NCBI GenBank assembly: GCA_965240325.2
Contig: OZ251224.1
Coordinates: 2,418,001-2,482,000, forward strand
DNA length: 64,000 nt
Origin: Rebecca billardiae RCC1528
Lineage: Eukaryota > Protista > Haptophyta
Direction of reading: 5' to 3'
Shown piece after piece: positions 54,952-64,000 of this stretch (position 1 is its first letter; every line of letters starts with the position of its first letter). The notes under the pieces were generated by a model, which searched no databases, had not been told where the DNA came from, and saw only the letters and a list, made by a program, of their open reading frames with translations. The position numbers were made by a program, and so were the translations under genes.

Positions 54952-56637
54952 ATGGAGGGCGACGCGGCGGTGAGGCTGCTCCGACGCCGGTCGGGGCGGG
55001 GCGACGCGCGTGCGACGTTCATGCTGGCGAAGCGCACCGAAGAGGGCGACGGCGTCGCGCGCGATCTGCGCGAGGCGGCTCGCCTCTGCCGCATCGCCGC
55101 GGATCGTGGGCTTGCGGACGCTCAGCATTGGCTGGGCGATCTCCACGCCCAGGGAAGGCACGGGCACGAGCAGGATCTCGAAGAAGGTGTGCGCTGGTAC
55201 CGGCTGGCGGCCGAGCAGGGGTTTGCACCAGCGCAGTTCAAGCTGGGCGTGTGCTGCCGTGATGGCGCGGGCATGCCGCAGGATATGGCCGAGGCGGTAC
55301 GCTGGTACCAGCTGGCGGCCGAGCAGGGCCTTGCAGCCGCGCAGTTCAACCTGGGCTGGTGCTGCGAGAAGGGCGATGGCGTGCCCCAGGATATGGCAGA
55401 GGCGGTGCGCTGGTACCGGCTGGCGGCCGAGCAGGGCCTTGCAGCCGCGCAGTTCAACCTGGGCTGGTGCTGCGAGAAGGGCGATGGCGTGCCCCAGGAT
55501 ATGGCAGAGGCGGTGCGCTGGTACCGGCCGGCTGCCGAGCAGGGGCACGCAGTTGCGCAGTGCAACCTGGGCTGGTGCTGCGAGAATGGCGAGGGCGTGC
55601 CGCAGGATATGGCCGAGGCGGCGCGCTGGTACCGGCTGGCGGCCGAGCAGGGCCTTGCAGCCGCGCAGTGCAACCTGGGCTGGTGCTGCGAGAAGGGCGA
55701 GGGCGTGGCGCAGGACATGGCCGAGGCGGTGCGCTGGTACCGGCTGGCGGCCGAGCAGGGGCACGCAGTTGCGCAGTGCAACCTGGGCACGTGCTGCGCG
55801 GAGGGCAAGGGCGTGCCGCAGGATATGGCCGAGGCGGCGCGCTGGTACCGGCTGGCGGCCGAGCAGGGCTATGCACGGGCGCAGTACAACCTGGGCTGGT
55901 GCTGCTCGATGGGCGAGGGTGTGCCGCAGGATGTGGCCGAGGCGGCGCGCTGGTACCGGCTGGCGGCCGAGCAGGGCTACGCACGGGCGCAGTGCAACCT
56001 GGGCACGTGCTGCGCGAAGGGCGAGGGCGTGCCGCAGGACATGGCCGAGGCGGCGCGCTGGTGCCAGCTGGCGGCCGAGCAGGGCTACGCAGCCGCGCAG
56101 TACAGCCTGGGCTGGTGCTGCGAGAAGGGCGAGGGCGTGGCGCAGGACATGGCCGAGGCGGTGCGCTGGTACCGGCTGGCGGCCGAGCAGGGCCACGTAC
56201 TAGCGCAGCTCAGCATGGGCTCTTGCTGCCATAACGGCGATGGCGTGCCGCAGGATATGGCTGAGGCTGCGCGCTGGTACCGACTGGCAGTCGATGGCGG
56301 GCTCCCAAAGGCACACTTGGCGTTGGCGTATCTGCTGCTGCCGGGAGAGGGTGTGGAGCGCAACGTGGGCGAGGGCGTGCGGCTGCTGCGCCGCGGGTAC
56401 GAGCTTGACAGCGCCTCGGTGGATCCGAGCGAGGCGCTCAGCGACTTTGCAGGAGATCGCGAGGTGGCCTCCACTTGCTGCATGGTGTGCGCACAGTCGG
56501 GCCGTGGCGTGAGGAAGTGCGAGCGGTGCCACGTGGCGGTTTTCTGCTGTCGAGAGCACCTGCAGCGCGCGTGGCGGGTGCACAAGCCGCACTGCACCGA
56601 GTGGAAGCGCAATGCTGCAGAGTCGTCGTCACATTGA
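54952..56637 (+). CDS. Sel1-like repeat protein (about 12-13 repeats) with C-terminal zf-MYND, 561 aa
   Basis: Same architecture and near-identical termini as 43154-45598; intronless. Confidence 0.95.
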   Translation: MEGDAAVRLLRRRSGRGDARATFMLAKRTEEGDGVARDLREAARLCRIAADRGLADAQHWLGDLHAQGRHGHEQDLEEGVRWYRLAAEQGFAPAQFKLGVCCRDGAGMPQDMAEAVRWYQLAAEQGLAAAQFNLGWCCEKGDGVPQDMAEAVRWYRLAAEQGLAAAQFNLGWCCEKGDGVPQDMAEAVRWYRPAAEQGHAVAQCNLGWCCENGEGVPQDMAEAARWYRLAAEQGLAAAQCNLGWCCEKGEGVAQDMAEAVRWYRLAAEQGHAVAQCNLGTCCAEGKGVPQDMAEAARWYRLAAEQGYARAQYNLGWCCSMGEGVPQDVAEAARWYRLAAEQGYARAQCNLGTCCAKGEGVPQDMAEAARWCQLAAEQGYAAAQYSLGWCCEKGEGVAQDMAEAVRWYRLAAEQGHVLAQLSMGSCCHNGDGVPQDMAEAARWYRLAVDGGLPKAHLALAYLLLPGEGVERNVGEGVRLLRRGYELDSASVDPSEALSDFAGDREVASTCCMVCAQSGRGVRKCERCHVAVFCCREHLQRAWRVHKPHCTEWKRNAAESSSH

Positions 56638-57007
56638 TGAGTCATCCGCAACTGATTTACTGCGTCATTTGCTCCGGGCCAGAGCTTCTGCAGTGACAGT
56701 GTGCTGCTGTGTGACTGGTCCCATCGTCATGATCGTGCTCTCAGTCATGATGACAGCTAGCTAGCTCAGCGGAGCCGCTCGGAGCTGCGCAGCTGACTCT
56801 GCTGAGGCCAGGACCGCCGCCCAGTGGCAGTGGCCAGTGGCGGCCCACCAATCGCCCGGATGGTGCTGCTTATACTTATAGTGCAGCAGCAGTTCGATCT
56901 TGAGTGAGCCAGCGCTGCTCATACAAGTCGTAGTTGCTCTGCTGCTACGACTCTACAGTATGGACGGCTGTCAACAAGTATACGCCTGTGAATACTGATG
57001 ATGTACA

Positions 57008-59191
57008 TCACTTGGCCAGCTCACAGTAGCGCTCACCACGGCGGACGGCGGCGGCGGCTTGCCTCGACGAGGCCGCGGCCACACGCGCGCGCCCGGCGCT
57101 GCCGCGCAAGCCGCCCGCACTTTCGACATCGTCTCCGTGCTCAGAGTCGTCGTCGTCCGCGTCCGCATCGTGGCCGTCGTCGCCATCGCCGTTGACGTGA
57201 GCGCCGTTCCCGGCGTCGTCGGCGGCGGCGCTCGGTCGAGCTCGCCTGTGGCTGCTGCCTTCCGCGCTGCCCGCGCCCGCACCGTCACCGCCCGCCTCGT
57301 CCGCCGCGCCGCCGCCGCGATGCCGTGGGACCAGCAGCGGCTTGGAGGCAGCCTGCTCGAGATCCTGCTCATCGACCTCGCTCGAGAGCTGGCTGGTCGA
57401 CGGCTGCACGACCGCGTCAAACGAGCCGTCGTCCTCCGCCCCGTGCTCGGCATGCGCAAGCTCGCGCGGCGTGCCTCTCCTGCCCCGGCGCAGGGCTTTG
57501 TTCGCTGCACCCGCAGCGCCCTCGCCCTCGCCGTTCGCGTCGCCGGCAGCGGCGTACCGCGCGGGCACGTCGCTCAGCTCGATCTCCCCGCCCGGCGTGA
57601 GCCGCGCGTCCTCGCCCTCGTCCGCGGGCCTCATCGGCTCCTCACGGCTCAGCCGCGCCGCCTTGAACCGAAACGGAGTCGCCCCTGGCTCGGCCACCGC
57701 CTCGAGCTGCGCCTCCTCCACGCCCTCGTCGAGGAGCTCGATCTCCGGCCCGTCCCGCCAGCAGCACACGTGCGCGCAGTTGGCGCGCGCGCCCGCGTCG
57801 AACGGGTTCCCGTCGTAGTACAGGTCCTTCACCTGCGCGCCGGGGCGGTGGGCGCGCACGAGCGCACACGCGCGCCTGAGCGGGTGGCGTGGCGCGTCGA
57901 GTGCCAAGGCTGACCCGGCGGCGGCCCCCCGTCCGCGCACAATGGGCCCCGAGCGCGCACGCCCGTGCCCGCACACGCCAGCGCGCGTGACGACGCGCCT
58001 CCCGCAGCCCAACTCTCCGCGCGCGCGTGTGTGTGTGTGCGTGTGCGTGTGCGTGTGCGTGAGAGAGGGGGCGCGGGGAGAGGCGCGCACGTTCTCATTG
58101 GTCGTCTCATTCACACAGATCAGGTAGCAGTGGTAGGTGCACAGCATGCAGAGCAGGACGCCGACGATGATGGTGTACAGCGCCAGCACGAACGCCGCCG
58201 GCGACTCGCCCACCGCCACGCCGAACGCCGAGAGCGAGTCCCCCTCGGCCGAGCTGCGCAGCGCCGCCCGCTCGGCGGTCCGGTCGGGCGCGGCACCGCC
58301 CCCGTCACCGGCGGCGTGCGGGCGAGCCCTGGGTGCGTGCGCGGAGGCGAGCACGTCCTGCGTGCGCAGCACGAGCTCGCAGATGCTGAAGCCGCTCACG
58401 TACGCGCAAAACGCGATGGTCACCACGAGAAAGCCGAAGAAGCAGCGGTAGTTGCCGCGTCCGACGCAGTTCCCGACCCACGGGCCTGCGCACGCGCACG
58501 CGCGGCGCGGCCGGCAGCGCGCGCGAGCCGGCCGGCGCGCGCGGGTGAGGCCGGTGTGCTCGGGCGCGTGGGCGCGCGGGCGCGTCGCGGGCGCTCGGCC
58601 GGGCCACCCATCGCGCGTGCTGCGCGCGCGCACGGCGCGCGGCGCGCACAGTGGTGGTCCCATTTCTCCACGCAGCGGTTGCACTCGCGGCAATGCGACG
58701 AGCGCGGTGGCCGGTAGATGCTGCAGGTGACGCACGGCTTGAGCACGAAGGTGCGGTTGCCCACGACGGCCTCGCGCCTGGCGTATTGCCCCCCTGCGCG
58801 AGGCGCGCGCGCCTCGTGCCCGCTCAGCCCGCGAGCAATCCGCTGCGCGCACCGCGCGCGTGCGCGCATGGCGCGCACTCATGGACTTGGGCAGCGGCGA
58901 CTCGCCCGACGGGATGGTGCCGGGGTCGAGGAAGGCGGTGAGCAGCAGTAAAGTGGACGAGCACGCGTATATCGCGATGCCCCCAACCATCACCGCCGGC
59001 GACAGCCGCACGGCGAGCTCTGAGCAGACCGTGAGGAAGAACACGATCGCAGGCGCGCTCAGCATCAGCACAAACGTGCGCAGCGCCGAGAGCTCCGGCC
59101 AGTTCCAGCGCCTGCTCTCCGGGCAGCATGGCGGGGGTCGGCCAGGCGTGAACGCGGTGCACACGGAGAGGCAGACTGCCGCGTCCGGCAT
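57008..59191 (-). CDS. DHHC palmitoyltransferase (ERF2/ZDHHC9-14-18-like); introns 58794-58878, 58486-58649, 57833-58090
   Basis: [34 protein letters not shown]|[22 protein letters not shown]|VK..NPFD; four TM segments; GT-AG introns restore the frame. Confidence 0.93.
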   Translation of the reverse strand: MPDAAVCLSVCTAFTPGRPPPCCPESRRWNWPELSALRTFVLMLSAPAIVFFLTVCSELAVRLSPAVMVGGIAIYACSSTLLLLTAFLDPGTIPSGESPLPKSMSARHARTRAVRAADCSRAERARGARASRRGAIRQARGRRGQPHLRAQAVRHLQHLPATALVALPRVQPLRGEMGPPLCAPRAVRARSTRDGWPGRAPATRPRAHAPEHTGLTRARRPARARCRPRRACACAGPWVGNCVGRGNYRCFFGFLVVTIAFCAYVSGFSICELVLRTQDVLASAHAPRARPHAAGDGGGAAPDRTAERAALRSSAEGDSLSAFGVAVGESPAAFVLALYTIIVGVLLCMLCTYHCYLICVNETTNENVRASPRAPSLTHTHTHTHTHTRARGELGCGRRVVTRAGVCGHGRARSGPIVRGRGAAAGSALALDAPRHPLRRACALVRAHRPGAQVKDLYYDGNPFDAGARANCAHVCCWRDGPEIELLDEGVEEAQLEAVAEPGATPFRFKAARLSREEPMRPADEGEDARLTPGGEIELSDVPARYAAAGDANGEGEGAAGAANKALRRGRRGTPRELAHAEHGAEDDGSFDAVVQPSTSQLSSEVDEQDLEQAASKPLLVPRHRGGGAADEAGGDGAGAGSAEGSSHRRARPSAAADDAGNGAHVNGDGDDGHDADADDDDSEHGDDVESAGGLRGSAGRARVAAASSRQAAAAVRRGERYCELAK

Positions 59192-59344
59192 CGTGGCCCG
59201 CTCCGTGCGCACGCTCCGGCGAGAGGCCTACTGCCTACTTGCGTCCGCCGAGCAGCGCCACCATCAGTGGCAGTGGATGCACCGATGCAGGCGCCTGCGA
59301 CTTTCGCGAGTACCACTGAGCACAGTGGTGCTAATCTGCCCTGA

Positions 59345-61842
59345 GGGCACCGTGCCCTCTGGAGGGCACCGTGCCCTCGTGGGGCTCTGAGGGCACGGTG
59401 CCCTCGCGGGACGCAGCCTCGCACTGCGCGGCGCGCCGCGATGAGTTCGAGTGGTGGACGGGGGTGCATCGGATGCTAGTGACGGTGCGATGGGCCGCGA
59501 TGAGCCCGCCATCACCCAGTGATCTCGTGCGGTGCCAGCTCGCCCTCCTCCTCGTCGTCACTCGCACTGGCACCACGTTGCGCGCGCGCGCGCATGGCTT
59601 GCCTTGCGCGCGCTGTGTTCACGCGCAGTCTGCTTGGCAGCAGGGCGACCGTGGCTGGTGGTTGCGGTCGCGGATGATTGGAGTGTGTGCAGCTGCGCTA
59701 CATCCGCACGCGACCCGCCCGTCCTCGTCGAGCGCTGGAGAGACACGCGTGTCGCGCATGCACTCGAGTGGAAGCAGGAGAGCGGCACGCGAGCTTGGCT
59801 GCGCGCGCACGACAAGGTGCGCCAACACACAGCTCCTCCCGCCATGAGCACCAGCTACGCACGCACCCCTGCCGCGCTGCCTGACCTGCGAGGCCGCCGC
59901 GGTGCGGACACTGCGTGAGACACCCACGGTCAGCGGCCACGGCTGACACTGGTCAACAGCTCATGCAGCCGTTGCTGCAGCTTCGATTGCAACAGCAGCA
60001 GCGCTGGTGGCAGTCAACCCCATCACTGTCGCTGGCGTAACTACCCTCGGCGCCATAGCACCCACGGCACCAGCAGCCCTTGCACGTCCAGCAGCTGCGG
60101 CACGTCGCTCGGCTGAGCGGCGGCAACACGGACTGAGGCTGTCGTCTGAGCAGCCGCGCGGGCAGCTCCATGACCTTGGGGCGCACTGTCGCTGCATGCT
60201 GCTCCAAGCGGCTGCTGTAGCTGCTGCGGCTGAGACAGCAACTGCTATTGCTCGCGATGGCAGCTTCACCGCAGCTGTACCATCAGCATCATCAGTTAGA
60301 ACGCGATGTGGCAATAAATGGGATTTCCGCCGTTTTTTTCGCTCGATGGATTTCGAATTATAAATGAAAATCCCGCTGACAGAGACTTCAGAGACTTGGT
60401 GTGTGCACACACTTAACGTGGCGGCTGTGCTGCAGGGCTCACACGGTACGTGAAGCGTCGGCGCATGGAGCCTGGGGAGCTCTTATCCGCAGGGGTGTGG
60501 TAGGCGTGCCCCACCCCGCACGCAGCGCAGCGCTGTAGCAGCCGCTTCCGCGTACTCGCACTTTGGCGGTGGTGCCAAGGCCGCGCGCCGCTCGCCTGAC
60601 GGCATCGCCGCAGCAGCGCGGTCCCACGCGCATGCGGACGGGCGCGGCAATGGCGGTGGGGTTCGCAACGTGCAAGGCGTCAGCGGCTCGGCACCGGGTC
60701 CACCCGGCTGCAGCAGTAGCGCTGTCGGTGCTCGCGGCGCATGCGGCGTCAGGCGCTCACCAAGCGGCGTGTCGGGCGGGTGCGGATGCAGCTGCCGGAA
60801 CCAGGGCGCCGGGTATGCACGCGGCTGCAGCTCGCCCCAGCGCGCACTCGCAGGCAGTGAAGTCGGCCGCCCTGCCGGCCGGATTCGTAGGCGCTCGCTT
60901 GGCGGCTGCCGGCGCGCGACAAGCCAGAGCACGAGTAAAGCATCCGCGCCGCCACGGCGGTGGTGACAGAGAGCACGACCACGGGCGGTGGTGCCGCCGA
61001 TGCAGCGAGCGCGAGCTCGAGCGCGGCAGTGAACGTTGCAAGCAGCGTCAGCGGTGCGCGGAGCGATCAAGCCCGCCGTTCCAAGAGGAACAAGGGCGGC
61101 ATTGCGGGAGGGTAGGGGCACCGGCAGACAGCAGCGATGTCGCGCCATCGCTGATCGGACTGACGTGGCTAGCCGGTCGATGTGGCCATTGCTCGCGAGA
61201 GTATGCTATGAGCCAGATTGCTGTGCAGCACGCGACCGTGTCAGCCGTGGCCGCTGACCGTGGGTGTCTCACGCAGTGTCCGCACCGCGGCGGCCTCGCA
61301 GGTCAGGCAGCGCGGCAGGGGTGCGTGCGTAGCTGGTGCTCATGGCGGGAGGAGCTGTGTGTTGGCGCACCTTGTCGTGCGCGCGCAGCCAAGCTCGCGT
61401 GCCGCTCTCCTGCTTCCACTCGAGTGCATGCGCGACACGCGTGTCTCTCCAGCGCTCGACGAGGACGGGCGGGTCGCGTGCGGATGTAGCGTAGCTGCAC
61501 ACACTCCAATCATCCGCGACCGCAACCACCAGCCACGGTCGCCCTGCTGCCAAGCAGACTGCGCGTGAACACAGCGCGCGCAAGGCAAGCCATGCGCGCG
61601 CGCGCGCGACGTGGTGCCAGTGCGAGTGACGACGAGGAGGAGGGCGAGCTGGCACCGCACGAGATCACTGGGTGATGGTGGGCTCGTCGCGGCCCATCGT
61701 ACCGTCACTAGCACCCGATGCACCCCCGTCCACCACTCGAACTCATCGCGGCGCGCCGCGCAGTGCGAGGCTGCGTCCCGCGAGGGCACCGTGCCCTCAG
61801 AGCCCCACGAGGGCACGGTGCCCTCCAGAGGGCACGGTGCCC
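59345..61842. mobile_element. Element B: non-autonomous foldback element, ~605-bp TIRs, 3-bp TGA TSD, GGGC termini (PIF/Harbinger-like signature)
   Basis: TGA|GGGCACCGTGCCCTCTGG ... CCAGAGGGCACGGTGCCC|TGA; near-identical arms about 59345-59949 and 61238-61842. Confidence 0.9.
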
Positions 61843-61850
61843 TGAAGAGT

Positions 61851-64000
61851 CACTACAAAAAGTCTCCGCCAGCGGAGCATCCGGGCAAGGGGCCCAGACC
61901 CTCCGCCGGCGGAGATTTTTGTGGCCACGAAAAATCCCCGCTGGCGGAGCATGGAATGCTCCGCTGGCGGAGCCTGGGCTTGCAGGAATGACACAACAAA
62001 CGTACTAGTTATGGTATCAGAAGTCTGTCAACCACCGAACAGCAGTCACCTCCGCTGGCGGAGCTCGCTAATGAGCCATGCCTTTTGTAAACTAATACAC
62101 TCGGCACTTGAACTGAGCTCCGCTGGCGGAGCTTCGGGGGCGCCGAATGCCATTCTTGATGACCCACCTGACTTGAACTGAGCTCCGCTGGCGGAGCGTC
62201 GGTGGTCAGCGCCGTGTGTCATATCGGAGAAATAATGCTAAGCCTTTCAACGCATTCATACTCTGCTGTGCCACACATTCAACCTCCGCTGGCGGAGCTC
62301 ACTGGCCTATTCGACTTGAACTGAGCTCCACTGGTGGAGCCTCGGCTGCGCCGAATGTCCTTAATCGATGACCCACTCTCGACTTGAGCTGAGCTCCCCT
62401 GGCGGAGCTTTGGTGGCGCCGCATGTCATATTGGAGTAACGCGGAAGCGTCAACCGTAGTCATATCTATATTGAGACTCAACCTCCGCTGGCGGAGCTCG
62501 CGGACCTACTAGTATTCAACTTTAACTGAGCTCCGCTGGCGGAGCCTCGGCTGTGTCGAATGTCCTTATCGATGGCCGACGTCTTGACTTGAGCTGAGCT
62601 CCGCTGGCGGAGCTTTGGTGGCGCCGCATGCCATTTATGGGAATAATGTGAAGCCGTTAACCATAATCATATCCATATTGACACTCAACCTCCGCTGGCG
62701 GAGCTCACGGACCTATTCGACTTGAGCTGAGCTCCACTGGCGGAGCTTTGGTGGCGCCGCATATCATATTGGAGTAATGCGAAGCCGTCAACCGTAATCA
62801 TACGTATCCATATTGATACTCAACCTCCGCTGGCGGAGCTCACTGGCCTATTCGACTTGAACTGAGCTCCGCTGGCGGAGCCTCGGCTCCGCCGAATGTC
62901 CTTATCGATGGCCCACGACTTGACTTGAGCTGAGCTCCGCTGGCGGAGCTTTGGTGGCGCCGCATGTCATATTGGAGTAATGCAAAGCCATTAACTACCG
63001 TAATCATATCCATATTGACACTCAACCTCCGCTGGCGGAGCTCGCGGGCCTATTCAACTTGAACTGAGCTCCGCTGGCGGAGCCTCGGCTGCGCCGAATG
63101 TCCTTATCGATGGCCCACGACTTGACTTGAGCTGAGCTCCGCTGGCGGAGCTTTGGTGGCGCCGAATGTCATATTGGAGTAATGCGAAGTCGTTAACCGT
63201 AATACTATCCATATTGACACTCAACCTCCGCTGGCGGAGCTCACGGGCCTATTCAACTTGAACTGAGCTCCGCTGGCGGAGCCTCTGCTTGTGGTTTGCT
63301 GCAATTGGGGCTGGGCAGCCTGGGCTCAGCATGGGGCAGCTGTTCACAGCCCAGGCGGGGCGTCACCGCCTGTGAGCCGTCGGTGGGCAGGGCCGACGGC
63401 GTCGCAGAGCTCATGCGTGGGAGCAGCGCGTCGAGGAAGCGATCAAGGTCGAGAAGGAAGGGGCAAGCAGCAGGGGCTGCCTGTACGTTTGTACATGCCT
63501 CCACACCGGTGCACATCACCCTTGCTCACTGCAGTCGTGAACAGTGCTGCCACTCATCTCATCATCGCTCACCATGCAGTGACGGCCGAGCTGCGGCGAA
63601 CTCTCACAGGCACCGAACACGCATCGGCTGTGCCCGCTGGTGCTGGCATGCGCTGTCCTCTACTTGCTGTCGGACAGCAAGGAGACGGCACAGCCGCATC
63701 TGCGAGCGGGCGAGGTGATGCTGTCCAGTGTCCTCTGCTCAGCGAGGCTGAGAGGCTGAGCACGGATCACGGATAGTGAGCCCTGGTATCTCAACGCATC
63801 CAGGAGAGCAGTTGGTGCATGCCTGTGCTCAGACGTGCAGGACCAACCATCCGGTGCTGATTCAAGCACCCGCGCCAACAGCGGCGGCACTCAACTCCAC
63901 GCTGCTGATGCGGCCGCACAGCTGCAGGGATGGTACCACGGCGGGCGACGGCGGGCGCTGCAGCTGGCAGCTCGGTGGTGCCTGCCCGAGGGGCCTGGGC
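61851..64000. mobile_element. Element D: left end of a CACTA (En/Spm)-type element with long subterminal repeat array (partial)
   Basis: Begins CACTACAAAAAG, followed by about 23 copies of palindromic CTCCGCTGGCGGAG, then sequence homologous to the arm and 213-bp unit of element C. The other end is outside the window. Confidence 0.75.
61864..63283. repeat. Higher-order tandem array (~200-bp unit, three CTCCGCTGGCGGAG palindromes per unit)
   Basis: Motif spacing cycles about 42/68/90 bp, e.g. 62825, 62867, 62935, 63027, 63069, 63137, 63226, 63268. Confidence 0.93.

Noticed and set aside
61851-63283. CRISPR-like array of palindromic repeats
   Set aside because: The spacers are themselves repeated in a three-part cycle, the repeat is only 14-20 bp, there are no cas genes, and the context is eukaryotic with a CACTA terminus.

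Overview
Very GC-rich eukaryotic nuclear DNA with short GC-rich GT-AG introns, microsatellites and compact divergent gene pairs. The composition suggests a haptophyte such as Pavlova/Diacronema, which is an inference. Most ORFs in the track are antisense or frame shadows. Supported genes: a giant (>3,400 aa, runs off the left edge, absent from the ORF track) secreted NIDO/Ser-Pro/TMEM132-like cohesin-Ig-dockerin protein; three Golgi-type glycosyltransferases (O-FucT-like, GT47, SGT1 with ShKT); tRNA-Ile(AAT); MFI/C11orf65-like; SAM methyltransferase; NTF2-like plus DA1-like zincin; TRF4-like nucleotidyltransferase; a small membrane protein; TPRG1/hSac2; kelch protein; DHHC palmitoyltransferase; and four Sel1-repeat/zf-MYND paralogues (two intact, two disrupted). 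The most unusual signal is a set of non-autonomous foldback DNA transposons in which homologous internal bodies carry unrelated end modules with different superfamily signatures: 9-bp TSD versus 3-bp TGA TSD, and 7-bp TSD versus a CACTA end. The same body-A-then-body-C pairing occurs twice, each time just upstream of a gene start.
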